Positions 40,055 through 63,225 of a DNA stretch of 64,000 nt are shown piece after piece (position 1 is the stretch's first letter; the number at the start of each line of letters is the position of its first letter). Origin of the DNA: the human T2T-CHM13v2.0 reference genome, Homo sapiens; assembly GCF_009914755.1 (NCBI RefSeq), contig NC_060943.1. One strand, given 5' to 3'. The notes under the pieces are model-generated. The model was given only the letters and a program-made list of their open reading frames with translations. It was not told the DNA's origin and searched no databases. The position numbers and the translations under genes were made by a program.

Positions 40055-41666
40055 CTTGAAAACAAAATACAGGGCTACAATTTGATAACAGTTGTATTAT
40101 AGTCTTTCCTCTGAACATAATTTTTCTCTATCTCTCCCTGTTTCTACCAAAGTTAATCAGAGTAAGACTAATCTGTTTACAAAATAGGTAGAGTCTCATC
40201 AAACTTGGTCTGATTCTTTATATAAGAAGTATAGCAAGAATAGCGATTGACCACATAGCATCTTTTTAAGATTGCTTTGCTGGAAGGTTTGATAAGGAAT
40301 CTCAGATTAAAGTTTTAGAAACCTCTCAGCACTAGGAAGCCAAACCAAGGCTGACTTCAGACTTTGCCTGCAGTACCTCAGTACCTACGGGTTCATTCTA
40401 TGTATATTTCCAAATATGACATCCCAGCCAAAGCCTTGGTAATATAACCAGTATTTTTAAATGTATCCTGTTATAAACAGAACAGATTCTTATTGAACTT
40501 ATGCAAATAACTATTTTCATAACAATGTGAACACCCATGAATAGTTGCCTGATTCTGGATGGAAAATGTAGGGAGAAAAATTAATGTTTCAATTTTTGTT
40601 CACAAGTTGTATTTTACCAAGTTTCTGTAAGCTATAGATAGCTTAAAAGAAAAATATTCCTTCAAATTTGGAAAACAAAACATTTAAAGAATCATCAAAA
40701 CTTCAACTAAAAATTCATAAAAACATTATCCTCATTAGTTCATCTAGTCCCATGAAATTAATTTTTTGTTCTGCCTGATCTTGATTGGCAGTTTCATGAA
40801 GATATCTCTTCATTAAAGTTTTGGAAATTCTTAGCCCAATGGTATGATTCTAAAGTTATCAGAAACTTGTATTCAAGACAACTTGTCAGAGTCTTAGCCA
40901 TAAATCTCCTTGGAAAAGAAGCAGTTTTGGACTGTAACCATTTCCAAGTGCTTTTAGAGAAGAATCAAAACAACTGTCTGTGAATGACAAAGACTTAAGA
41001 TGGCAATGGTTAAAAATCTGATAAGACTTCAGATTTGATAGATTTGATGATAATGACACCACTCACAAACAAATTTGGTTATTTCTGTGGCATGTAACAC
41101 TATGACTGACAAAATATTAGATTTCTAGAAATCTCATATAATTTTTGAAACATTCACATCAATAACATACCCGCAAATATAACTTAGAGAAGGTTTGGCA
41201 TCACTTGTCATTTGACAGTGTTTTCCATATAATTTAACATATCAATTAAGGTGAATTTCCATCTCGCTTCTGTTTCTCAACTGGATTACTGAGTTCAGGG
41301 CATAGTACATTAACAAATATGGCCAACAATGTATAAGCTTATGTATGTTGAAAAAGTTCCCCAGGTAATTTTGATACATACCCCTAGCTACAAACCATTG
41401 ATTTAAGCCCAAGTCCTGCTTATCAGAGCAGGGGTTCTGCATCCTGCTTGCACATTAGTAGCATGTGGGAAGGCTTAAATAATAATGCCTTGGTCCCACT
41501 CTAGACCATTAAATCAAAATGTATGAGCAGAGCCTGGAAATCAGTTGTTCTTTTAAAAATTTTCCAGTGATTCCAGTGTGTAGCCATATTTCCCATTAGA
41601 TTTCTCTTTCTTCTTGTGGAATTTATCTTTTTCTATTTTGGTATTACAATTATTTTTCATGTCTTA

Positions 41667-41820
41667 TTTTTTGGAGACAGGGTCTTGCTCTGTGGCCCAA
41701 GTTGGAGTGCAGAGGCACAATCATAGCTCACTCCAACCTTGAACTCTTGGGCTCAGAGGATCCTCCCACCTCAGCTTCCCAAAGCACTGGGATGACAGTT
41801 GTGAGCCAATGCACCTGGCC
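41667..41820 (-). mobile_element. Alu monomer (FRAM/FAM-like)
   Basis: Single arm of about 155 bp. Confidence 0.7.
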
Positions 41821-41927
41821 CTTTGTCTTATCGTCTGTCTTAGGCTTTATGTTCCCTGGAGTAGGGACCTTGCCTTCTTCATTTCTGTATCTTTCATGAA
41901 CACATGAATTGGTTATCAGGAAAAGAT

Positions 41928-42047
41928 TCTCAGCCACATTTAGGTTGTGTCCTGAGTCTCAGGTTCACATACTAATGCTACCGTCTTTGTCCTCCACAAG
42001 GACAGAGGTTGCTTGTGATGAAGGGTGTGGGTAACTCCACAATGCAG
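41928..42047 (-). pseudogene. Partial degenerate CEACAM A-domain exon in CEACAM7 intron 4
   Basis: Minus strand reads ELPTPFITSN...VEDKD...CEPETQDTT*MW; acceptor mutated (CTGCATTG); homologous to about 49245-49370 and 7555-7675. Confidence 0.75.
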
Positions 42048-42706
42048 GTGGTGGAGGAAGGTTACCTTGTTTTTAGATATAACATTGGAACTAAGAATTC
42101 TATGTGTACATGGGGTGGAAGGGCAGGATGTATAGGAAGACAGATCTAATTAGGATGGAGAAATTATACTCAGGAGTAGTGGTAAAGGAAGTAAAAAGGA
42201 TTCATGAAGAGAAGAAATGTGAACTTATCTAATGGGCTAGAGTAGGCCGCTGCAGGTTCTTCAGTAGGTGATTTTAGGAAGGTAATGAAGTAGTCATATG
42301 CTAGGAAGCATTCAGACTAGAGAAAAGAAGTCAAGCAGGACTTCAAGCAGTTGTTGAGGTTTATGGGAATGGAGAGAACAGCACAAGTGAAAGATGTTTT
42401 AAAAAGGACCAAGAAGCTTTCACAATGTATTGAATTGGGGAAACAAATGAGCAGAGGCTGGGAGTAGTCATGTCTAAGAGACAGTGGAGTACAGGAAGCA
42501 TGAAGACCAGGGAAGAAGAGACCTGCAGGAATTAGTGCTTAGAAGCAGGAGTTTAGTGGGAGGAGGAGGAGATCTAGTCCCAGATACAGGTGAAGAAGTC
42601 CTTTCCCTCTCCCAAGCATGGCAGTCAGCCCTGCAGGAAATAGGATAAGAGGAAAGGTCATAATACCTACCACTCTTCCCGAAATGCAGAAACTACACCA
42701 AGGCTG

Positions 42707-42798
42707 CTATATCAGAGCCATCCCAGCCAGTACTCCAATCATGATGCTGACAGCGGTCCCAGCTGAGAGGTCAGGTGAACTTGCTTGTACTGACTCAT
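42707..42798 (-). CDS. CEACAM7: CEACAM7 exon 4 coding part, hydrophobic GPI-anchor signal (exon continues to 42671)
   Basis: GGCAG acceptor; encodes (Y)ESVQASSPDLSAGTAVSIMIGVLAGMALI; TAG at 42709-42707; GTAGGT donor at 42670. Confidence 0.95.
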
Positions 42799-43605
42799 CT
42801 GCCATGGAAAGAAAAGAGAAGGAATGAAGTTGATCTTATTTTACAGGGAAGTCCCCCAGGAACCAACTCTCAGCATGAAGTCGTTTCTATTTGTTCCTTC
42901 AAGGAATACATTATTTTTGTGGGAAGGTTGCTGGGAGATGATTATCCAACTAAATTCTTGCAGGTTTTTTATCTCACCAGGTTTCCAGGTTGATGGTCAG
43001 TCTTCTGTCAATTCCATCCTGACCTTTTTACACTCAGATATTTTTGAAGGCTTTGAAATTTGAGAAAGACTGATTGCTAATCTTGTATGTCATTAAAACT
43101 TCCCACTTTTTCATGGTTGCATTTTTTTTCTTAGTGTCTCAGTTGTGGCAGTTAGTGCATTTTGAATTCACCACCTCCTTTGCACAGAGACCTCACTTCC
43201 CATGGGCTCCCAGCAGGTGTGTGAAAGCAAGTCAAGTTCTGCAAGACTATTTTGCTCTGAAAGGTGATGGGCTTGAGGAATTCCCAACAGTCTTGCAGAA
43301 ACTCTCTTCGAACTGCACTGCAATCTAAAACTTTCTTTTTTTTCTCTTTCTCCTCCACAGGCATCACATCTGCATCATGATCTGAGGGCTCTCCCAGGCT
43401 CCTCCCCCTCCCAGCCCACTTTCCCTCACAGGTGTTTTTCCCTCAAAATTATATTGCATGTCTAATCCCATCTTGGCTGCATCTCTCTGAATGAAAACTA
43501 ACATACTAGGCTTGAGACTTCATATTTAACTCTGTTCTTTTCCCTCTCCCATATTAATCAGTAACCATGTCCCAGTGGACTTTTTGTGTAATGCCTGTTT
43601 CTCCC

Positions 43606-43606
<1 letters not shown>

Positions 43607-43663
<57 letters not shown>

Positions 43664-43700
43664 GTGTATATATGTGAATATATATATGCACATGTATATA
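43607..43700. repeat. (TATATG)n microsatellite
   Basis: About 9 perfect units followed by degenerate ones. Confidence 0.92.
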
Positions 43701-44194
43701 TAATACCTTCTGCATCTGTTTCTTCTTTATTTCTGTTGCAATAATTTGGGCTTAATTTCTCATCAGTCATCAGTCAACTCAGACTGATGATTAATAATCA
43801 CTAATATTAGCTACTGTTGAGGGGTGCTTCCTATGTGTCAGGCCCTGTGTTAAATTATTTACATGTATCTCATTTGAGCTGTAAAATAATACTGTCAGGT
43901 AGAAAATAGAGGTGGCTTAGAGTGGTGAAAAAACTTACCCAATGTCATACAGCTAGTGACAGGCGGATCTAGGATTTGCCTCTAAGACTACCTGACTTCA
44001 AGGCTAATAATAATGGTAGCTTTAACAGCAGCTAACATTTATGAAACAGTTCCTCTGCATGTGGCATTTTGCTGAATGTTTCATTGATTATTACATTAAA
44101 TCTTCAAAACAATACTGTGAAACAGGCACTCTTATTGCAATTTTCAGTTGTGGAAACTAAGGCTCAGAGAAGTTAACAATCTTGTGCAAGAAAT

Positions 44195-47595
<3,401 letters not shown>

Positions 47596-48441
47596 TTTAT
47601 GAATATATAGTGGCTGGTACTCTTATCCTCGCTATAAATACACACTTTGTGGCCCTGCCCCTTCCCTCCCTTGCAGAGTCCCGGTGGCTGAATCTCCCTA
47701 TTTGTCCAAATGTTCATCCCTAGCTGTGCTCTGTGCTGTGTCCACAGCGTCATACAGCCGGTGACTTCAGAGCCAGGCCACAGTTCAAGAGTCTGCCCCA
47801 GGGCTCCCTCTCTTCCCAGTTCCCTGAAGCCTGACCCAGGAGAGGCTCTGCCATTGATTGACAGCTCAATTTAGCCAGATTCAGGACAGGTCGCCCAAGC
47901 ACCTTCTCCACACACCCAGGTCCCACCCCAGGTGGAGTCAGGGCAGGGCCAGTCACCAGGTGAGCCGGGAGCAGAGCAGGGAGCAGACTCTGAGCTGCTC
48001 CTCCCTCGTCCAAGGGGTTTCCTCCTCTCATCTGGGGAAAAAGTGTGAGATGTTTCAAAGCTTCCTTCTTCCTTGTAGCTCATGAATTAGGCAAAAGAAC
48101 ACAAAGAGGTGACAAAAAGGGACGTATTGATGACCGAGAGAACCCTTAAGGACCCTTCCTGCTTTTCCCTCTGTGAAGCTCTTTCCACTACCTGGGGCTT
48201 TGGGGCTGAGGGAGCCCCCTCCCCACATTCCAGGCTGGATCCATAATCAGCCATGAGAAATTACTGAAGTACAGGGAGGAGGGTCTGCAGAGACAGAGTG
48301 AGAGGGTTCAGCGGGGAGAATTTGGGATCTGCTTGTGCCCATGGGACACAGGCTGGAAAAGAAAAGTTTTTTCAGCTCTTCCTTAACACCAGAGAGACCC
48401 CATCTCAAAATATGATGCCAACGGTCCAGGGATCCATGTAC

Positions 48442-48689
48442 CACGGACTGTGATCATCTTGACTGTGGTACTATTGCGGTCAGTGGCCAATTTGTGGGCA
48501 TAGCAGGTATAGGATACACTATTCTTTGCAGTGCTTTGGGGATAAAGAGCTCTTGCATGTGTTGCAGAAGGTTTCCATTACTCAGCCAAAAATACGGAGA
48601 GGGTGGGTTAGAGGCCACATGGATGAAGAGTCTAAGGTTTGCTCCTAACTCGTAAGATATATCTGGGGTAGAAGGGGTGTCCAAGCCAC
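48442..48689 (-). pseudogene. Inactivated CEACAM B-domain exon in CEACAM7 intron 3
   Basis: Encodes DTPSTPDISYELGANLRLFIHVASNPPSPYFW...QELFIPK; acceptor AG>GG; donor GTACAT; first Cys lost; frameshifted. Confidence 0.88.
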
Positions 48690-49083
48690 CCGGAGCAAAG
48701 AGAATAAAGCCGTAAGTGATGTCCTCAGAGGGAAGCGGAAGCTCCTGGTCTGTGGAAGGGCTGCACTGTCCCTCTTACCCAAATCACAATCCTGAAGTCC
48801 CAACCAAACCCCGATGTGTTCACTGAGCCTGAGACATTCACCTGTTTCTCCCATCACAGGCTGTGGACCCTGAGCCTCCCAGGACAGGAGCAGCCCCTCC
48901 TCTCATATTCTTGGTCAAGGCTGGGTCTGCCCAGGTTTGCTTGTGGCAGAAAGTCATGGCCAGCCTGGGTGCCTAGAGGTGAGGGTCTGTGTACTTGGAC
49001 CTGAGAGGGACTAAGAGGCCTGGTCTCTGGCTGCATGGATTTGGGCTGTCAGCCTGGGCCACAGAGGAACAGAAGATACTCAC

Positions 49084-49362
49084 AGCGGACATTCAGGGTG
49101 ACTGGGTCACTGCGGCTGGCACCCACTGGGTTCTGTATTTCACATTCATAGGGTCCTATGTCATTCTTTGTGGCGCTGAGTAGAACGAGGGTCCTGTTGT
49201 CAGTGGAGAGCAGCAGCCTGGGACTGACCAGGAGGCTCTGATTGTTTACCCACCACAGGTAGGTTGTGTTCTGAGTCTCAGGTTGACAGGTTAAAACCAC
49301 AATATCTTTGTTCTCCACCGGATTGAAGTTGTTGCTGGTGATGGAGGGCTTGGGTGGCTCCG
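49084..49362 (-). CDS. CEACAM7: CEACAM7 exon 3, IgC2-like A domain
   Basis: CTGCACAG acceptor, 279 nt, encodes EPPKPSITSNN...LTCQPE...YECEIQNPVGASRSDPVTLNVR, GTGAGT donor. Confidence 0.97.
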
Positions 49363-52157
49363 CTGTGCAGATAAGAGAGAGAAAAGATTGCCCTGTGTGG
49401 CCCCCTTGGTTCCCCCACGGACATCTTTCAATCAGAGTTGGCATCTCCCACCTCTAAGCCCACTCAAGTCCTTAAAAGCCCACAGAAGGTGTGTGTATCA
49501 CAAGACAGATGCACAATGATCTGAGAGCTCAGACACTGTGAGGCTGCCTGATTTGTCTTAGAGAAGCACAGACTTTCTCAAGTGTAAATTGTGCAGCAGC
49601 GTTGGCCCATGGACAGACCCAGGACCATCAATCACAGCCACTGGTGCCTCTCCTGGTCCTTTCCTGATGGCTGCCTACCTGGCCCTTTGGGGTCCTCACC
49701 TCGAATGGGCAGGAGCTGAGTTCCTTCCAGCTGAACACTCCTACACCACCCAGCCAAGAGGTGTTTCTCTGAGCCTTTTTTTTCCAAGGATATCCCAGAG
49801 ATGGGTGATGATAACAATGGGTGTTTGAGCAGACATAGCAGAGGAGACCAGGAAAAAGTCTAGAGGTGAGTTTAGTACTCAGACTGCAGGGCCTCCAGGT
49901 GGGGCAGCTCTACCCGGGTGTTTGATGGTGACTGACAAGAGCTAGTGACCGCCAGGAAAGTGCAGCAGAGTCCAGAAGAAGATAGAGAAAGGGTGAGTGA
50001 GACAAGCAGGGGCTGGCTGAAAATCTGAGGATTCTCAATGACATAACAAGAACAATGAAGACAAATTAGGAGAAGAGATGTGTGTTATGTTAGGAAATTT
50101 ACAAAGAGCTCCCTGTCCCCAGCTCCTGTGCAGTCAGCAAAACGGAGGAAATCCCAACACAGGCATGAGAAATGCTTTCTTCCTTTTCTCTCGACCTACG
50201 GAAACACAACAAGAGTTTGATCAAATTCATCTAAACTAGGCAGAGTCTAAGTGAGATGCCAGTGGCTGGTGCAGTTCCCATTCCAAGGGACCCCACCTTA
50301 TGACAATGGTGTCATCATGAGGACACAGGTGTATGTGGAATGGACAGCAAACCCATCAGACAGCACCTGCCTAGGCCGCTGCACCTGGAGGAGGTCCCGG
50401 GAATGACTGGAGGACCTTAGCCCCACAGCAAGATGAGGATGGAGTTGGTAGTAAAATGGGTGGAATGAACCCATGGGCTTTGGGGACTGCACACTTGTCC
50501 TGCCTCTGGCCCCCTGGTGAGTCAGTGTAGAGAGCAGATAGAGGAGTTGCTCATCCCTGTCCCATGGCCAAGCATTTACACAGTCATGAGACTCAACACC
50601 TGGGTGGCTTCTTTTTTTTTTAAGATCCAGGGATCTTGCTATGTTGCCCAGGCTGGTCTTGAACTCCTGGCTCAAGACACCCTCCTGTCTCAGTCTCCCA
50701 CTGGGGTGGCTTTAGGGGCAGGGGATGAGAGAGGGGGAACATGGGTCTCAGCCCCTTGGAGGGACAGGGAACAGGTGCCAGAGCCTCCTAGGATCCTGCA
50801 TCAGGTTCCAGTCTCTGAAGAGATTATGGATCATTCATTCCTTCCTTCATTCCCTCCCTCCTTCATGAGAGAACTACTGAGCGAGTGTGTTTCTCACTTT
50901 GGGCCCTGGCATGTGCAGGGTGTGAGTGGGGAGAGAAAGCAAAGTCTTCTCCTTTATCCTCCTGTGGGAGTGACACCAACACATCAGGAAACACAGGATT
51001 TCAGGTCCAGTGAGGGTAGGAGTGTGAATCTAAGGGAGAGGCCTGGACATTCCCAGCACTGACTCTGATAGTTGAGGCAAGAGATTCAGTTCTAGGTAAA
51101 AACTAATTCTCTATTTGTTCCTCACTCCCTAGACCAGAATCTCCCACTTCTGGCTTGGATGCCTAGGAAGCAAGCTCTGTGGCTACAAAGACCTGGGGAC
51201 TCTGATGTGACTGTCCGGTCCGTGAGACCCTGCCTCAGTGGCTGTATTTCCTTCTGCCTCAGTTTCCTTTAACAAAATGAGATAAAGCGTAAATGGTCTC
51301 TGGCTTGCCTTGCTGTCTGTTAATTCATCTTAAAATAATCACAATTACCTGGATGAGAGCCCTCTGTAGAAGAGCTGCCCAAACAAGCAGGATCTCTGAT
51401 TGTTTGCCTCCAGGAGTGGGTTATTTGGACCTGATTCCTGGTGTACAAAGAACTTACAGCAGAAACTTTCTTCTTCTTTTTCTCCCCCTGAGGACACTGA
51501 CTCCCCTAGGACCTCTCTTAAGTTCCTCATCCAGGGGGACTGAGGTCCTAGTAATCCTGTTCATCTGTCCTCTCCAGGCTGAGTCTCAGGTGAAGGATGA
51601 GGCTCTGTCCTTGCCCAGATGAGGCCCTGGGGGTGACCAGGCTGGTGACCAGCTCCATGAGCCATGATCCTCAAACAGCTCAAATCCTTGCTCTCAGTCA
51701 GTTCAGCCCAGGAGGCCACAACCCAGCCCTGACACAGGTTCCTTAGGGTCACCTGGAGTCAAGAGCCCTGGGACAGGGATCTGGGACTTGTGCTTCCAGG
51801 GCTGAGCTTCTCTGTGAGGATTCCAGGGGACTCCTCAGGCCAGGCTCTGACCCAGTTCTCCAGGGTCTTTTTCAGGGGGAGGGCACAGAATCTTGGCTGA
51901 GACTGATCTCCCCCTGCTGAGTGCCCCCCATCAGACTGTCCTTCCTCTGCAGCAAGTATCTGCAGGGTCTGGATGCAGGAAAGGGATTCTGGTCTGTAGA
52001 AGTTTGTCTCCCCCATGTGTGTCCTTCACTAAATGCCCAAACTCCAACACTGGATAAAATGTAGATGGGGACACAGGCACAACCCAGGCCTGACAACCCC
52101 GTGTGTATGAAGTAGAACTGGCCCCCAGCACCCAGAAGTCATGGAGGTATCACTCAC

Positions 52158-52520
52158 AGAATACGTAGAATTGTCTGGTTACTTCTTCATTCACAAGATT
52201 TTCTTTTATAACGTGTAGGGTATAGAATCCTGCGTCATTGTGGGTGACGTTCTGGATCAGCAGGGTTCCATTGGGGTATATTGTCTCTCGACCGTTGTGT
52301 GCGGGCCCTGGGGCATTTTCTTGACTTATATTTTTTACATATCCTATAATTCGATAGTTGGCATGCACCCTTTCCCCTTTGTACCAGTTGTAGCCATAAA
52401 GATTCTGGGACTCATTATGGACTACTAGAAGGACCTCCTTCCCTTCTGCGACATTGAACGGCACGACATCAATATTGGTCTGGGCACTGTTTGGCAGGTT
52501 CCAGAAGGTTAAAAGCGAGG
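52158..52520 (-). CDS. CEACAM7: CEACAM7 exon 2, IgV-like N domain
   Basis: CCTAG acceptor, 363 nt, encodes ...[12 protein letters not shown]...[27 protein letters not shown]...FYVF, GTGAG donor. Confidence 0.97.
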
Positions 52521-53395
52521 CTAGGAGGGGGAGAGAACATCAGTCAATATTGGGACCTATGTATTGGGGTGGAAAGATGGGGCCCTGGATCCTGAGCAGG
52601 TCTCTTCACCCACCCCCATCTTGAAGTAAGTGTGTGTGTGTGTGTGTCCTACTGGATCAATGACAGCAGCATGTCCCCTATCAGCACCTCTGACCTTACA
52701 TTTCCCTGTTCGGAATCCTCTTCCCCAGGGATCTGCAGGGCTCCCTCCATACTGCTGGACCTGCTTACATCAGGGCATCCTTGGGAGACCCCTTCCCTGA
52801 CACCTTCTCTAGAAGCCCTGGGTGTTCCGTTTCTGACATTTCCCTGCTCTGTTCCCTTTAGAGCTCTTGTCAACACCTGGCTTCACATTCTAGATCTCTT
52901 TGCCTGTCTGTCTTCTGCCGCATGAGAGCGTGAGCTCTGTGAGGGCAGGGACTTGTGTGAACTGGATTGCACCCCAGTGCCTGGAACAGGCTGCAGGCTC
53001 CAGTAGATGAGTTCATGAGAGTTCCCAGGGCCCTCCCTCCACATCCTGGGGTTTATTTTCCAATGCCTGAGGTTGGTGGCTAGGGACAATGTTTTATGCC
53101 CTGGTTATGTTTTTATTTGAAGCGTCACATGATATAGTTATTATTATCATATTTCAAAATGTAGCAGCTAGTGATGATTAACCAGGAAAAGAGAACATGT
53201 GAGATTTTCTTGACCCTTTCCAATTCCAGTCCAATGTGATTTTCCTGTTCTGGTTTCCTGTCCCTGTCTGGTGTCCTCTCCCAAAGGACTTCAACAGAAG
53301 CCTTTGTCCCCTCTCAGAGCCCCGTCCTCCCAAGGAGACCCCAGCCAGTCTCTCTGGCCCTCCTCCCACCCACTCCCAGGAAGTCCTCCCCTCAC

Positions 53396-53459
53396 CTGTG
53401 AGCAGGAGCCCCTGCCAGGGAATGCACACTCTGTATGGACAGGCTGAAGGGGACCCCAT
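53396..53459 (-). CDS. CEACAM7: CEACAM7 exon 1 coding part (signal peptide MGSPSACPYRVCIPWQGLLLT)
   Basis: ACCATGG Kozak context with ATG at 53459; 64-nt leader; GTGAG donor at 53395-53391. Confidence 0.97.
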
Positions 53460-53559
53460 GGTCTCTGCTGCCTGCTTGTCCTCTGTGGAGAAGAGCTTGG
53501 GCTCCAGGAACTCTCTTGTCAGGGCTGCTGTGACTGTCAGCTCTGCTGTCCTTCCTACC

Positions 53560-53935
53560 TCTGTGCTGAGCCTCCTCCCAGGGCAGGAGCACTTTCCAAG
53601 ATCACATGGTCCAGGGGTGGGGTCTCTGCTCAGGAGTCCTCTGTCCCCTCCCCTCTCATTCCTGCCTCTTTTGTCCCTCTTCCTCTTTCCCTTTTGTCTA
53701 TATTCAGTTCCCGATACAAAGCTTTGAGTAGCAAGGCTGATGGACCCCTGTCCCCTGGGAGGACAACCAACCTTTCCCAGTGCTGACCTATGCTGTGTTC
53801 TGGCCTTGGGTCTGTCACACCAGGGGGATTATTTCCCTTGTGACAGAGAAACCCAGCTGGGCCTTGGGTTTCTGCTGGGATGATGCCCAGCAGGAAGGTG
53901 ACAGAGGTGGCTCTGGGGGATAGAAAGGGGCTCAC
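53560..53935 (-). promoter_or_regulatory. TATA-less CEACAM7 proximal promoter
   Basis: E-box CATGTG (53603-53608) where the CEA promoter has its USF site CACGTG; GT/CACCC box 53614-53622; ETS core CAGGAAG at 53891-53897. Confidence 0.75.
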
Positions 53936-54347
53936 TGGGGGATGACTGGGGAGGGACCAGCCCTCTGTCTCCAGTGACCCAGGCACAGAAACCAAGGCCC
54001 AGGGGTCTCAGGAGGAGCTACAGCTCCTGGGTGTGGAGGGAGGTGTCTGGTGTGTCCTGGGAAGAGAGCTGTGGTGGAGGGAGGTGTGTGGCTCTGAGCT
54101 CTGCTGTCCTTGGGGAAGGCTTCAAGGAAACCCTCCCTCTCCCTGTCTTTTGGATGTGCTGTGGCTCAGGTCCTTTCCATGTTCTACCTGACCTGGAAGC
54201 CTCTGTCTGGCTGACAGTCCTGTGGTCACCCCGCCTTCCCCATGGGTGGTGCCAGGAGGGAATGGGGAGCTGCACAGAAACCCCTGGCAGAGCGGGGTCT
54301 TCAAAGGCCCCAGGAAGGAAGAGGTGGGACACAGCAGGAACGCGTGA

Positions 54348-55294
<947 letters not shown>

Positions 55295-57464
55295 CAATTT
55301 CCTGAGTGTTCTCTGTGTGCGATGTGCACCCCTGGAAGGCAAGAGATCTGTGGTCAAAGTCAGGGGCTGTTCCAGGGATGTTGACGAGGGTCCACATGGT
55401 GTGACCTCCAAGCTACAGGATCAGGTCACCCCAGGTCCTGCTCATGGAGAGTCCCAGGCTGCCCAACTCCATGCAGTGCAGGATGAGCTCAAGGAGAGGA
55501 CAGGAGTTGTCCAGAGAACAGCAAATCAAGATTTGGAGAACTGTCCACCAGGGGGATAGGCTGCCTCAGAAGGAGCCACCTGTCCCCAAGGTTTCAAAGG
55601 TAGGACCCAGAGAGGTGTCTCTGGGGGCTTCAGAGAGAGGACACCAGCCTAGGAGGTGGTCCCCAGAGAGCCCTGTGTTCCTCCATCACAGCACTGGGGG
55701 TGCTGCCTCCAGGTCATCTGTGTCCCTGTCTGTCGTCTGCTCCAGGCCTCCTGGCAGGACCCAGGAGCTGGGGCATTTCCCACCTGGATACTCAGGCAGG
55801 GGTTTCCTGGTTCCTCTGTTATGGGAGGGGGAGGCCCTATGACCCTTAGCCTCTCTGAGATGGAAACAAAGGCAGATCCTGGGTTATCCTGTCCTCCTGC
55901 AGGGGAAGTTCCCCTGGGTCCCCAGGTCTCCTTGGGCTGGTTAGAGGTCTCCAGAGACCACAGCCAGGAGCCCCCATCTCCAGGGACCCTCGGGGGTGGG
56001 GTGTCATCACCCAACTTCCTTGTGATCAGGTCCCCTGGTGGTCACTCCATCTGGGATGGAGGATCCAGAGTCTGCAGCAGGTCAGGTGTCTTTGTGAGAA
56101 GAGGAAGGACATAGGCTGCTGGCCCAGGCCCCCTGGGAGTCGTGACATGACTCACAAGTCAGAGACGGGGAAGGGGTGTCACTGTTCTGGGATGAGTCAG
56201 ATTCTGACCCCCCTCTCTTAGAAGGCCCTGTCCTCCCTCTTGAAGCTCTGAGGGTTCAGGCCCTGTCCCTGGGGCAGCCTTGGGCACTTGTTGGCCTCCT
56301 CCCATGCTGGCACCAGTGCCTCTGTGTCCACAAAGAACAGACCCTGACTCCGGGGGTCACACAGAGGTGATGTGCTTCTGTTGTGTGACCGCCCACGCAT
56401 TTAACCAGTATTTGTTGAGCATCTGTTGTATGTCAGACACTGGACTGGGCCCTGGGATTCCACAAAAAGCAGGACAGACGTGGCCCCTATGCTCATGGAG
56501 TTTCCCTGTAACAGGGAGACAGGTGCTCAGTGAACATCATGGGACTGAAGAGCTAATGCTAATGAGAGAAGGGCTGTGAATGTGCTCTGAGGATCACAGG
56601 GAGCTGCCCTAGGAGATGCCTTTCGGCTGAGCCCCAGGGAGGAGGCGATGTGGGGGCAGGAGCTGCCCGCAGAAGTTGTGACTTGGTGGACGGCCACTGG
56701 ACTGCAAGGAGGAGCTGACAGAGTGCGTCTGGGGAGCTTGGAGGGCGAGGAGGAGGTGGGTCGAGGTGATCCTGGTGAGGGTATACCCTGGGGGACTCTA
56801 GTCCAGCTGAAGGACGTCAGCGGACGCTGGGGAGGTGCCAGGCCGGGAGGGACTCTGCTGCCCTCTGGGGGACAATGAGGAAAGTGTAGACGGAAAAATC
56901 AGGATAGGTTTAACTCAACGTGATCATTAAGCATTGATCACGTTTGCTTGACGCTTTAAATTCTAGATATCTCTCACGCAAGCTCTTCTCTACTCTACCC
57001 CCAGCGAATCATCAAAATTAGATTGTGGTCTTATGTCAGGTCAAGTTCTGTGTGCACTTAGAGGGATCCCACACAGTATTCACACTTGAGGGCCGGCTGG
57101 AGCATGTGTGGGTAGAAGGGAGGATTCGTGTCCGTGTATCCTCACAAGAGCCAGGGTGTCTGGGTGGATAAGGCTCCACTTGACCCCAAAAGTCCTCAGA
57201 ACAAGGGAGCAGAGCCTGATGAAATCAGAATCCAGGGGTGGGGCTGGGGCTCTGTGCCTCCTCCTCCTCCCTTCCTCTCTCTCTCTGGGGAGTTCGCCCT
57301 CCTCTCCCTCAGCAGAATTCTTGGGCCTCCTCATATGAAGAAACGTGATGGGCCCTTACAGACCCACCCAGAGATTTTTAGCAGAGACATCAGGTTTCAG
57401 TGTCAGGAGCACCAGTCACCCCTCAGGCCTCCCCAGACCCCTCCTCAGAGACAGATATAAATAT

Positions 57465-63225
<5,761 letters not shown>

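Larger units (their letters stand above)
38570..41240 (-). mobile_element. ERV1 (MER4 group) 3' LTR (about 38570-39010) plus internal/env remnant
   Basis: env TM remnant LLAEQGGVCAVADTSCCT*INTVG near 39355-39432; LTR carries AATAAA. Exact family uncertain. Confidence 0.72.

Noticed and set aside
43558-43770. ORF with HIHIHI repeat
   Set aside because: Translation of a (TATATG)n microsatellite.
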